Positions 1 to 36,199 of a stretch of DNA of 64,000 bases are shown one piece after another. A program made the translations under genes and the position numbers. Source of the stretch: Octopus vulgaris (Eukaryota); NCBI GenBank assembly GCA_951406725.2, contig OX597824.1, positions 71,238,001 through 71,302,000 of the forward strand, read 5' to 3'. The notes beneath the pieces were generated by a model, which ran no database searches, was not told the DNA's origin, and worked only from the letters and a program-made list of their open reading frames with translations. Position 1 is the first letter of the stretch; each line of letters starts with the position of its first letter.

Positions 1-1564
1 ATACTTATTAAGACACTTACTAAACCCAGAACCATGTAGTTGCAAAGCTAGATTCATAAACACACAGCCATGCCTACAAATTATAATATATAGAGTACAA
101 TGTATGTATGCAGGAGAATGCAGAGATATGAATATGGAGAGTAGTGTAGACAATGTGAATTTAAAGATGGTGTTAAAGGTGAAGCTTGATGTGGTGTATT
201 TCAAAGGTAGCAGAAAAGACTGAAATTATTCCAATAATGATGGGAAAAAATCTGTGGACATCTATGTGTATTGTTATTGAATAAATGAATATATGACATA
301 ATGTTGTGAGAAAACACAATGGTGTCACATGTGGATTATGTAGATAGTTTTCTGAACTTTGACAGAGGACTATCTGTAGATTTGCTATCCAAAAAGAAAA
401 GGTAAATGGTGCAGAATCTAACAGAAAGTAAAATAAATGACAATAAAAAGTAGATTTAGTAATGGAAAAGAAAAAAGAATTTTATTTACAATTCATTTGT
501 CCAAAAGCTGTGATAAAAGTGAAATGTTTTTGTTATCAGTAGAATTGTTCTTGTAACAATGACTGCAGGATGTGAAATATCTGGGACAATGAAATGTTAA
601 GAAAATCATAGATGATCTTGTTTCATAAGACACTCTGCATGTATTTCTGGATTGCATAACTGCTGTTTCTAGCATGTGGCATCACTAGTGTGGTGTCTGT
701 GTGTTCACAATCTGCAAAGAGAAGTGAAATAGCTGAATGTTGAAGACGAATATACACATAAGTCACAATTTAAAGAACAAAAAACTTTTAGTAATGACTG
801 GAGTTGGTAATTTATAACTATGATTGAAGAAAGAGAAATGTTGTGGATGAGTGATGTTAAGAAATGCTTTTAGAGAAAAGCAAGGACTATGTAGAGGTAG
901 TGGTGCAGTTGGGGCAGGTTGAGTAATGTGAATGAATTAAAAGAGAAATCAATGCTAGGGAATTGAAATTGAGTGCTGCATACTGTAAGGATGAATGAAA
1001 GCAAATTAGAAGAATATTTAAACTGTGAGGCATAAAAATGAAAGGTTGACAGTATTTATTATTTATTCAGTATGATAAGTGCAATTGTAGCTGTGTGGTT
1101 AAGAAGTTTGCTTCTGAACTATATGGTTTGGAGTTCAGTCCCATTGCATAGCGCCTAGGGTAGGTGTAGAACTACCATAGCCCTGGCCAGGCCAAAATCT
1201 TGAGAGTGGATTTGGTTGACAGAAGCTAAAAGAAGTTTGTCATATGTACAAGTGCATATGTGTGTGAATGTGAGTGTGTATATATTTGTCTCCTTGTCTC
1301 TCGCCTTGATGTTGTGTGATCAATGTAAATGAATGTCATTGTTACACAAGCAGTGTCTTTTGCTTCTAATATTCTGTGAAATCATCTCTGGCCATGGAGG
1401 AATATTACCTTCTTTGGAAACGGGTAAGGATTAGTGATAGGAAGGGCATTTGACCATAGAAAATCTGCCTAAGTAAACTCTGTCTGACCCATGAAAGCAT
1501 GGAAAAGTGAACATTAAAATAATAATACTAATACAATAATAATAATAATAATAATAATAATAAT

Positions 1565-2540
1565 CCTTTCTTTGAACTCTTTGAAACTATTTGAACTCAA
1601 AATGTAATGACAGACAACATACCACTAAACATTTTACTCAGGATGCTAATGATTGTGCGAACTGTCCACATCTTTTCTACTATAGGCACAAGTGCTGAAA
1701 TTTGGGGGAAGGGGATAGTTGATTACATCGATCCCAGTACTCAACTAGTACTTGATTTATCAAGCCCAGAAGGATGAAAGGCAAAGTTGACCTCGGTGGA
1801 ATTTGAACTCAGAACGCAGCAACAGACAAAATATCTATTTCTTTACTATCCACCAGGGGCTAAACACAGAGAGGACAAACAAGGACAGACAAACGGATTA
1901 AGTCAATTACATCGACCCCCAGTGCGTAACTGGTACTTAATTTATCGACCTCGAAAGGATAAAAGGCAAAGTCGACCTCAGTGGAATTTGAACTCAGAAC
2001 GTAACGGCAGACAAAATACCATTAAGCATTTCACCCGACATTCTAACAATTTTGCCAGCTTACCGCCTTTATAATAATAATAATGATAATGATAATAATC
2101 CTTTCTACTATGGGCACAAGACCTGAAATTTTAGGGGAAGGGGACTGGTCAATTACATCAAGCCCAGTGTTTCACTGGTACTTATTTTTATCAACCCTGA
2201 AAGGTTAAAAGCAAAGTCAACCTTGGCAGAATTTGAACTCAGAATGTGAAGACGGATGAAATACTGCCAAGCATTTCACCCAGCATGCTAACAATACTGC
2301 CAGCTTGCCACCTTAATAATAATAATTCTTTCTACTGGAAGCACGAGGCCTCAAATCTGAGGGAAGGGACTAAGTCGATCACATCTACCCCAATGTGTAA
2401 CTAGTACTTATTTAATCGACCCCGAAAGGATGATAAGCAAAGTCGACCATGGCAGAATCTGAACTCAGAACGTAGTGACAGACGAACAACCGCTAAACAT
2501 TTCGCCTGGCATGCTAACAATTCTGCCACCTTGTCACCTT
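1565..2540 (-). mobile_element. Tandem/nested cluster of about 5 family B SINEs separated by (TAA)n
   Basis: Repeated aggatgaaaggcaaagtcgacc...atttgaactcagaa units. Confidence 0.8.
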
Positions 2541-3984
2541 AATAATAGTAATAACAGACCTTAAGAAAGAAACTGAAAGATTCATAATAGCCACTCAAAG
2601 CCTGTTGTTGGGGATGAATATTATTAAAGCCAAAATAGACTAATCCATGAAAAGTGCAGAGAGCAGAGTATGATATGAGAAAGAGGAATCCATTATGCAC
2701 ATAAAAAGTTCTTGTAGTTCTTTGGCACAAGGAATATAGACACAGATAGGACTGCATGACCAAAGCACTACACTGGGACAGTAATTGCTCAATTTAGGGA
2801 TATTAAAAAAGTAAATAAAAATTAAGTGGGGATATTGTAAAGGGACATAAATAAGTCAACTGACTTAACATAAATACTGGATATTATTTACTTTAGAATT
2901 TATCAGAATGGCACGTGGAAGACCAGCAGGACTACAATTCATTGTTCCTGAAATTGAAATTCTCAACTGTAAATCAATCTTGGATGGATCTTGGAATATC
3001 ACCCAATATGCTAAATCCCAAGGCATGATTCTTCAGCGGTGGGCACGGTGTCAACTAATTATGAATTTATATACTTGCAAAAATTGCAATTTGCCATATT
3101 ACCTTACTACAGTATTTATGTTAACAGTAAGCTGACTTATTTATGTCCCTTTACTAGTTATCTCCCCCTTAATTTTTATTTACTTTTTTAATATCCCTAA
3201 ACTGAACAATTACCCACTGGGACATATTATAGCAAAAAAGGATTTGAAGTAAGAAGAAAATGGTATGAACATCAACCAGAAATATATACTCCTACCCACC
3301 GTTACATAACACAGGGTAGCCATATATGTCCACCAGAGCAAGACATCTATTCCTGTCATTCTATCATACTTGAACTTCTTAACACCTAGCATAAAGCTTC
3401 TTTCCTCTCTACTAACTTAGTTGATGGGGCTTTTTCTGTTTTGTGAGCTGCCTGATGACCCCACTAGTGCTGGTGCCATGAAAAAATATCAGTACACTCT
3501 TAAAATGGTTAGAATTAGGAAAGGCATCCAACCACCAAAATCTCACCAAAGCAGACATTGGAGCTTGATGCGGGCCCCTTATTCATCAGATCCTATCGAA
3601 TCATCCAATCAATCCCAACATGGAAGATGAATGTGAAATGATGTCATTTCTGACCAGTGGAAGAAATACATTGTGGAATTCCCTCCAGATCTTTACAGTG
3701 AGCTCAAATCCCAGCCAAGGTCATCTTTGCCTTTCATTCCCCCAGGGTGTGCTGACAATATCGATTAGCTTCTCCACCTCAAAATTGCTGGCCTCATGCT
3801 TCAATTAAAAACAAAAAGTGGTCAGCTGACAAAATTGTTATGTTGGAAAAAATGCTTTATGGCATATTCTCTGAGTCCAAATCCTGCCAAGGTCAACTTT
3901 GCCTTTTTACCTTTCATCCTTCAAGGATCAATAAAATAAAGTACCTATCTAGTATTCAGGTTAATGGTATAAATTAAGACCCTC

Positions 3985-4216
3985 AGCAGCGAGCTGGCAG
4001 AAACATTAGCACGCCAGGCGAAATGCGTAGCCGTATTTCGTCTGCCGTTACGTTCTGAGTTCAAATTCTGCTGAGGTCGACTTTGCCTATCATCCTTTCG
4101 GGGTCAATAAATTAAGTACCAGTTACGCACTGGGGGTCGATGTAATTGACTTAATCCATTTGTCTGTCCTTGTTTGTCCTTTCTGTGTTTAGCCTCTTGT
4201 GGGTAGTAAAGAAATA
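3985..4216 (+). mobile_element. tRNA-derived SINE family B with 19-bp TSD. Other copies at about 1565-2540- (cluster), 4733-5170-, 6068-6299+, 23205-23420-, 34262-34470-, 37243-37458+, 38835-39050+, 39590-39805-, 53310-53700+, 58100-58325-, 58350-58520+, 60150-60385-
   Basis: B box GAGTTCAAATTC; core gcctttcatcctttcggggtcgataaattaagtacc; TSD ggtataaattaagaccctc at 3966-3984 and 4217-4235. Confidence 0.88.
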
Positions 4217-7035
4217 GGTATAAATTAAGACCCTCCCATCAAAACTGCTGCCCTTGTGCAGAAATCAGAACCCACAATTTAATATCCATGCACCAAAACA
4301 GTCTTGGTTATGAGGTTGAAAAGTTCCACAAGCCATTTAAATATTGGTTTCAAATTTTGTTACAAGGCCAGCTATTTCAGTAGGAGGAGTAAATCAATTA
4401 CATCGACACCCCCACCCTAGTGTTCAACTGGTATTTATTTCATCAACCTGGAAAGGACGAAAGGCAAAGTCGACCACAGTGGAATTTGAACTCAGAATGT
4501 AAAGATAGATGAAATGTCACTAACCATTTTGCATGGTGCAGTAACAGCTCTGCCAGCTCACAGCCTGAAACCATTTAAACATTCACCACAATTTGATTAT
4601 GACTCAGTCAATAGAATGCTGCTGTTTTCTACCTTACAATAATGTTTATAATGTCTAATTTAATTTATAACCATTTAGCAATCAGATTACTCTGTCAAAT
4701 CTAATACTTATTTAATCACATTGTTTTGAATTTATAATCTTTTCTACTCTAGGCACAAGGCCTGAAGTTTTGGCGGGAGGGGGCCAGTTGATTAGTTCGA
4801 GCCCAGTATGCAACTGGTACTCAATCTATCGACCCTGTAAGGATGAAAGGCAAAGTTGACCCCAGCAGGATTTGAACTCAGGACATAAAGACAGACGAAA
4901 TACCACCAAGCATTTCGCCCAGTGTACTAACATATCTTATTTCTTTATTGCCCACAAGGGGCTAAACATAGAGGGGACAAACAAGGACAGACAAACAGAT
5001 TAAGTCGATTACATCGATCCCAGTGTGTAACTGGTACTTAATTTATCAACCCCAAAAGGATGAAAGGCAAAGTCAACTTCGGCGGAATTTCAACTCACAA
5101 CGTAACAGCAGACAAAATACCGCTAAGCATTTTGCCCGGCGTGCTGATGATTCTGCCTGCTCACCGCCTTATTGTTTTGAATTAATAATGTGTTATCTTG
5201 TACCATTGAAATTTTGATTATGTGGTTGTATTTTTTTAGAATAACATTATAGGTTTGGTGTGAGAGGCCAGTTTGAATGTGAAACATATAGAATATTTGA
5301 GCTGGATATGGTCAGTTTAAATGCCAAAAGGTTAAAGGATATTAGAACTGAACATCCCTAAGCAACTGAGTCAAAAATTATCTCAAAACTGGAATTCTTG
5401 GAATTTGTATGTTTTAAGCATTGTAGACTATGAGTCGTGTAAACAAGAAAAGAATGGAAAGGGATCATTTTTTTGTCCCCTTCCTTTCCATTATTTTTAA
5501 AATTTTGACTCTCTTTCCTCATTTATTTGTTTCAGTCATTGAGCTATAGATATGCTGGGGTATTGCCTTGAAGGGTTTAGTTCAATAAATCAATCCCAAG
5601 TCTAGTACTTATTCTGTTGGTCACTTTGCTGAGCTGCTAAGTCATGGAGACATAAACAAACCATAAACAGACATAGGTGCAGGCATGGCTGTGTGGTAAG
5701 AAGCTTGCTTCCCAACCACATGGTTCCAGGTTCTGTCCCACTGCATAGCATCTTGAGCAAGTGTCTTCTACTGTACACTTGGACCAACCGAAGCCTTGTA
5801 AGTGGATTTGATAGACGGAAACTGAAAGAAGCCCATTGTGTATATATGTCTGCGCGTGTGTGTCTTCATGTTTATGTTTGTCACCTACCACTACTTGACA
5901 ACCAGTGATGGTGTGTTTACATCCCTGTAACTTAGTGGTTTGGCAAAAGAGATCCGATAGAATAAGTACCAGACTTCACAGAAAATAAGTATTGCGGTCA
6001 ATTTGTTCAACTAAATATTCTTCAAGTTGGTGCCCTAATAACTGAAACAAACAGAAGTTAAAAGATATGGCGGCGAACTGGCAGAAACGTTAGTATGTTG
6101 GGCGAAATGCTTAGCAGTATTTCATCTGCTGTTACAATCTGAGTTCAAATTCTGCAGAGGTTGACTTTGCCTTGCCTCCTTTCGGGGTCGATAAATTAAG
6201 TACCAGTTATGCACTGGGGTCGATGTAATCGATTTAACTCCTTTGTCTGTCCTTGTTTGTCCCCTCTATGTTTAGCCCCTTGTGGGTAATAAAGAAATAA
6301 GAAGTTAAAAGATAAAAGAAACCAACATCAGCTGCCAAGCAGGATGGAGGGACAAATATATGCACACACAGAGAGAGGCTTCCAAATAATTTCCTTCAAA
6401 CAAATCCACTCACAAGGTATTGGTCAGCCCAGAGCTATAGCAGAAGATACTTGGCCAAGGTGCTGAACAGTGAGAATGAACCCAAAACCATGTGGTTCAA
6501 AGTGAACTTCTTAAGCATACGGCTATGTCTGTGCCTTTTCAAAAAAATTTTTTTTTTTTTTCAGATGTATGTTTAGGATCCTTCAAAACTATGCTAAACA
6601 TAAAATCTTCACTTTATTATCAGTGTTCTTTCGTCACAAATTCTGTTACGTCTTCAGTGATTTGCTGATCCTCGCGTCTCTACTCCTGTCTAAAATACTC
6701 TGAGAATAAACCTGAAGTGATGTTCAACTAAATAGTGCGTGTAAATGCACGTGTGTGTGTCTTCGTGACAGTGTTTGTACCCCACCACCAGGCTTAAAGA
6801 AGAAAAAAAACAAAAATAAGTACTGGGGTTGATTCCTTCAACTAAACTTTCTTCAAGGTAGTGCCCCAGTATGGCCACAGTCTAATGACTGAAACAAGTA
6901 ACAGATTTTTTAAAATGCTTAAAATATACACAACAAAGAAATTAGGGCTTTTGGCATACCAGATAATTTCTGATTCTATTCTTTAGGAACCTTTTTGAAT
7001 TGTTTACCAAAAAAAAAAAAAAAAAAAAAAAGCAA

Positions 7036-7446
7036 TGTGCAGGAGTGGCTGTGTGGTAAGTAGCTTGTTTACCGACCCAATGGTTCTGGGTTCAGTCCCA
7101 CTGCGTGGCATCTTGGGCAAGTGTCTTCTACTATAGCCCCGGGCCGACCAATGCCTTGTGAGTGGATTTGGTAGACGGAAACTGAAAGAAGCCTGTCGTA
7201 TATATGTATATATATATGTGTGTGTTTGTGTGTCTGTGTTTGTCCCCCTTGCATTGCTTGACAACCGATGCTGGTGTGTTTACGTCCCCGTCACTTAGCG
7301 GTTCGGCAAAAGAGACCAATAGAATAAGTACTGGGCTTACAAAGAATAAGTGCCGGGGTCGATGTGCTCGACTAAAGGCGGTGCTCCAGCATGGCCACAG
7401 TCAAATGACTGAAACAAGTAAAAAAAGTAAAAGAGAGTAAAGAGTA
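7036..7446 (+). mobile_element. tRNA-derived SINE family A, full length. Other copies at about 5675-6066+, 14878-15328-, 20598-20990-, 24905-25250+, 29497-29846-, 32038-32397-, 32801-33227-, 40968-41390-, 47270-47640-, 49335-49950+, 58920-59265+
   Basis: A box TGGCTGTGTGG, B box GGTTCAGTCC, central (TA)/(TG) microsatellite, tail gactgaaacaagtaaaagag; many similar copies. Confidence 0.88.
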
Positions 7447-7559
7447 ATGTTAACGAATTAACAAAAAAGAAGAAATTCCTTCAGAGTAATCCCCATTCTG
7501 TTAACACCAAAGTGCCACTTGCATTTGTCTGTACTATGACGAATATACCTACCAACAAC

Positions 7560-8200
7560 TCCCAGCTCCGCCAAATGGCGTCATTGCATCGACGGGAGGC
7601 AGCTGATAGGTTTGACACGATTCCTCAAATCGGTAGTCTCTACGCTCGGTCTGGGGACTTTCCCTCGGTGATAATGAGATAGGTTCATCTCCGTTTGTGA
7701 CCCGAAAGCAAGTCTTAAAGGAACTTCAATAGCTACGATCTTAAGCAGGTTATATATACCTCTACACGTCTTGTATTAGTTATATTGACTGAGCTTATTT
7801 GCATATTGATTTGCTAAATTGACTAGTATTAAATTTGTGTTTGCTTTTTTACATCTTAGTTTATAAGTGTTTATGTACCATAACAACACATATATTTTGA
7901 TTATGATATATGCATAATTTCGGAAGTGCAGGGTTTTAAAACAACGTAATTGAATAATTAATCACGAAAAGAAAATTGTACACAACCGGAAGTACAGCAA
8001 CACGACCTGGTTGTCCTCCCTGATGGCATGGACTTCAGTGAGTTTTATTTAGAAATCGTTTCAAAATGTTTTTATTCATAAAAATAAAAGAGGATCAGTC
8101 GTCGATAATAAATCTAATGTGTCCTCATGAACTGTCGTCATAAAACTGTAGTTGTCTCAGCTTCATTGGGACAGGTAAAGGCAAGGAATTTGAAGGGCTT
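7560..8200. promoter_or_regulatory. CpG-enriched promoter / first-exon region of ERMARD
   Basis: Local CpG enrichment in otherwise CpG-depleted DNA. ETS/GABP-type CGGAAGT at 7921 and 7987, YY1-like CAAATGGCG near 7572, splice donors at 8037|gtgagt and 8174|gtaaag. Confidence 0.65.
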
Positions 8201-8397
8201 TTTTCTTCATTTCCCCTCCCCTTTTCTGTATACCTGTTACACAGAACGGAAATTACGAGTCTGACATATCTTTTTTTAAATATTCCAGTTTTTTTATATA
8301 TATTTACCCTCCAGCATAATTCTGTGCTTTTATTTTTATATAAACTACTCAGACGATTTTATATAGCATCTTATCGTATACATAGAAATGAAATTTG

Positions 8398-8491
8398 GTA
8401 CTACTTAGCGAACAGTGGTCCCGGTGCGCGCACTCGCGCAAGCTAGTCGTAAGTAGTCGATCCTACAACGACCACTGTTCGCTCGTAGTAC
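8398..8491. mobile_element. 94-bp inverted-repeat element (TA-flanked MITE-like hairpin)
   Basis: gtactacttagcgaacagtggtc ... gaccactgttcgctcgtagtac. Confidence 0.65.
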
Positions 8492-10359
8492 TTGATGTCT
8501 TCGTTGAACATTAAAAAGGAGGTGAATATGGATTGTACATGACCCTCCCGATTGTCGTAAACAAATAAATATCTGTAACTATGTTAAATCAATTTGAACC
8601 AAGGGAAATAACTCTGTTCCACCAACCTCTGACAGACGATGTCTATATTTTGAAATTGATTCGACGGTAAATCCCCTAGTTCTCTATAAATTTTATTCCA
8701 TTCTTAAAGCTGTTGCCCATATTTTAAACACATAGTTGCTGTGTGTTATTGAATATACATCTGAGTATGTATTTTCGATAATTTATCCTGAAAGTTTATG
8801 ATCTTTCTGTATATAAGTGTGGATTGACGAATACACACGTGTAAAACATTTATGCGAATATCTCAACAACTGAAGCCTTTGAATATAATCCCTACTCCAC
8901 AAAAGTAAAAAAATACTTTATGTTGTTGTTGTTTCGCCCCTGATCAACCTTGGGTGAGCAGACCAATGATCAACAGGATTCCAGTCATGAATGTACCGTC
9001 TTTTCGGTATCTGATTGCTTTATTTTGTGTCCTCATTTGTAAGAGCGTAACTGAAGAGAGATTTAGTTGATATATCTAGCAGATCAAGCCACCTTGTAGA
9101 GCAGGCCTGGTCAACTCGAATTACATTGAGAGCCACTTTGATCACAAAGTTTCTTGAGGACCGCTTCTATACTTTCTGCACTAATAGTCAAATAATCAAA
9201 TTACAGAATCAAGAATTTTTCATAGTTTTTGTTTGTTTAGAATTATACAATTGTCGGCTTTTGTTTTATTGCCACTTTTCATTACAATCTTTAATTTTTG
9301 ATAAAAAAAAAGTTTAATGTTTGTTTAAATAAACCCATTTTAAGAAAGTATCAAGCGGGCCGCAGATAAAAGTTTGGGTGGCCAGCACTGATGTAGAGGC
9401 TACATCGTTGGTCCGAATGGAAAATATTTTGGCATTCCTGCACATGTGGCTCCGGTATACCAATATTTTAATACATGGGAATACAAAAAATCATTCTCTT
9501 TGAGATATTTACCTAATAACCAAGATTATTCTGTAATTAACATAGAATAAACTAAGACATATTTCTTTAAAAAAATTTAAAGTATACAACATGCAATTTC
9601 AACTCCGATCTAAGTTTCGGCAGTTGGGTAAGTAGACAGGTGGGTAGGTGTATGTATGTCTATATATTTGCATGCATGTGTGTTCGTCTCCTTATCCTGA
9701 CATCACGTGATAGTTGTAAATGAGAATCACCGTCATGCAAGCCGTGTCGCTCATTTACAGTATTCCGCAAATACATCTCCACTATGGGGAAGTATTACCT
9801 TACTTGAAAACAAGTGAGGGTTGACAACAGAAAGAGCATCCAACCATAGAAAATCTGTTGCAATAAACATTGTCAGACTCATAAAATCACAGAAAAATGG
9901 ACATTAAGCGATGATGATGATGATGGTAAGGAAGAAGAGAATGGGATAGGGAATATAAGGATTAAGTATCAAGTGCTAAGTGCTTTAGTTCAGTTAGTGA
10001 GCATGAGTTCAGTCTCTAAATCAGTCAAGCTATATACATACATACAGGCCGTTTGCCAGCCTCCTCTGGCCCCTGTGCCGGTGGCATGTAAAAAGCACCT
10101 ACTACACTCAGGGAGTGGTTGGCGTTAAGAAGGGCATCAAGCTGTAGAAACACTGCCAGATCAGACTGGTGCCTGGTGCAGCCTCCTGGCTTCCCAGACC
10201 CCGATCGAACCGTCCAACCCATGCTAGCATGGAAAACGGATGTTAAACGATGACGATGATGACGACGACGACACACACGTGTGTGTGTGTGTAAATGGTT
10301 GTTTTCCCTCACAGTGAACCCTGTTATTGTACTCAGCCAGTTCTGGCATCTTATGTGTT

Positions 10360-12018
10360 GATGTGCCTAGATTCTAATGAATCCTTTGATAGAAGTAATT
10401 ATAGAGGCATCAGATTGCTGGACCAGGTGATGAAGGTTGCAGAGACAGTAAAAGGAACAGAATTAGACTAGATGAAATACAATCCAGGTTTACCCTGGCA
10501 AGTGCTAGAGAATTATTTAGCTAAGAACAAGCTGTTGTACTTGGCATTTGTTGATCTAGAGAAAGCCTTCGATAGAGTACCCTGCTTTGTGATATGGGGC
10601 CCCTGAGGAAGCTAAGGATACACAAATGGCTTGTGAAGGCAGTACAGACCATGTACAAAAGTACTGTTAGTAAGGTAAGAGTTGGTCATAGATATGCTGA
10701 TGAATTTAGTGTACAGGTAGGTGTCCACCAAGGGTTGGTCCTCAGCCTCCTCTTGTTCATCATCATCCTCTAGACCATAACAGAGATATTTAAGACTGGA
10801 AGCCTATGGGAACTCCTTGCTGATGATCTCGCCCTCATAGCAGAATCTAACAGAATTAGAAAAGAAATTTCAGGTGTGGAAACAGAACCTGGAATCAAAG
10901 GGTTTTAAAGTGAACTTAGCAAAGACCAAGGTCCGAGTAAGCAAGAAATCGGACAGAACCTTCACCAACAGGTAAATGGCCCTGCTTGATATGTAGGGAG
11001 GATGTAGGCATAAATTCCATTTAGTGTACCCAATGCAAGCTATGGACACATGAGGTGCAGCAGAATAGTTGGAAGATTAACAGAGAAAATAGTAGTGGAA
11101 GACATATGGATCCATAAAGACCACAGATGCACAGGAAACATATTTCTTTAAATGTCCCAGTTACTCTCTGGGAGTTATAGATAAATTTTGTTGCCTAATT
11201 GACCTAATTAGCAGTGGAGGAGGTTGTACAGAAAATGTAATTGCTAGAATAAGACTAGAATAAAGTAAGTTCAGAGAGCTTTTACCTCTGTTGGCAACCA
11301 AAGATCTCTCTCTCCAAGTGAAGGGAAGATTGTATGATGCATGTGTATGAACTGCAATGCTGCATGGTAGTAAGACAAGGGCCCTGAATGCAGAGGACAT
11401 GCAAAGGCTGGAGAAAAATGAAACTGGTATGTTCTGCTGGATGTATGATGTCAGTGAGCTTTGGTGTATTGAAGAAGTTGAGCATAAGAGGAATTATATG
11501 CAGTGTGCAAGTGAGGAGACTGCACTGGTTTGGCTATGTGATGTGGATGGATAAGGACAGCTGCATAAAGAAGTACCAATCACTTAAAGTGCAAGGAAGT
11601 TATGGATGAGGGAAACCCAGGAAGACATGAGGTGAAGTTTTGAAAGCCAATCTCAAAACACTGAATCTTATGAAGGTGACGACAGAGGACTGAGGTATGT
11701 AGCGCATTGATGTACTTGAGAAGACCCACCCACCACAACAGAATTGAGATCATAAAACCAAGGTGCCACATAAAAAGCATAGGTGTGGGAGCCAGTGCCA
11801 TTTAAAAAGCACCTGTGATGATGCCATTTAAAATGCACCTGTGATGGTCCCATATAAAAAGCAGTAAACTCTGTGGAGTGGCTGGCATTAGGAAGGGCAT
11901 TCAGCCATAGAAACCAAGTCAAAACAGACTATGGAATCTGGTGTGGCCCCTGGCCTTACCAGTTCCTGTCAAGCTGCTCAACATATGCCAGTATGGAAAA
12001 CGGACATTAAATGATGAC
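10360..12018 (+). mobile_element. Decayed RTE-clade LINE (RT to 3' end, (GAT)n tail)
   Basis: Broken frames read NYRGIRLLDQVMKV, YLAFVDLEKAFDRVP, VGVHQG..LS..LF, ADDLALIAES, KGRLYDACV...MLHGS, RRLHWFG; multiple stops and frameshifts; tail ggacattaaatgatgac. Confidence 0.88.
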
Positions 12019-12950
12019 ATACACACACCAACATACACACACACACATATGAGTGAATGGACAAATAAAAGAAAGAGGCACTCAATACATTTGGTAGGAG
12101 TAGATATATTAGCATAAAATTAATTGTTTCATTCAGCTCCATACAACTTAAAGTTTCATAGACTTATTACATGAATCTTGTTCTTCAGGCTTCAATTACC
12201 TAAGCCAGAGGAGCTAGGTTTGTGTGATGAGCTAAGTCAAACTATTATTAAATATGTCAAGCCTGCATTTCATATTTCAAAAATATTCACCCAAACAATG
12301 AATATTCAAAAGAAAATCAGGCTCAGTTTACCAGCCATTACCAGGCTGTTGATAGACAAAGGGTTTATTATCTTGGGTGGCAACAGATGAGGATTAGTGA
12401 CAGGAAGTGTATCTGTCCATAGAAAGTCTGCCTCAACATATTCTGTACGTAGGAAATTGGATGTTAAAACAATGATGATGATGTTATGTATTTTTCTTTA
12501 TATCCTTTTATTTGTCTCAGTTGTAAAACTGTGGTCATGCTGGGGCATCACCTTGAAGAATTTTTAGTTGAATGAATCAGCCCCCAGCACTTATGTTTTT
12601 TAAAACCTGATATTAATTCTATCAGTCTCTTTTGTCAAACACTAAGTTACGGAGACATATACAAACCAACACCAGTTGCCAAATAGTAGTGGGGGACAAA
12701 CACAGACACAAAGGCACACACACATAAACACACACACACACACACACACTGAAGTCCACTTTGCCTGTCATCTTTATAGAGTCAATAAAATAAGTATCTA
12801 ATGAGCCCTGGGGTCGATGTAATTGACTTATCCCCCTCCCTTGAACTTACCTGTCCTTGTACCAAAATTTGAAACCAATATCTGTATTCATGAGGGATTA
12901 TTATTTACATTCACTGTATAAATGTAATTTCTGAAATTACATCCACAGAA

Positions 12951-36103
<23,153 letters not shown>

Positions 36104-36199
36104 TTCTTACATATCATTCCATCCTATCAGGGTAGACAAATTAAGTACCAGCTGAGTACTAGGGTTGATGTAATTGACTTACCCGCTTCCCTGAAATTG

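Noticed and set aside
100-1050. Purine-skewed region, possibly an old Penelope/LINE remnant on the minus strand
   Set aside because: No motif order could be recovered convincingly by eye.
3210-3392. Minus-strand 60-aa ORF with a donor-like end
   Set aside because: No recognisable homology; the plus strand reads KWYEHQPE, more like a decayed non-LTR retroelement fragment.
7004-7440. Recurrent ORFs such as ...[37 protein letters not shown]
   Set aside because: Conceptual translations of SINE family A copies, not a gene family.
12140-12192. Minus-strand CTGAAGA...GAAAC as another hammerhead
   Set aside because: Stem II and stem I pairing are not convincing; at best a heavily decayed PLE end.
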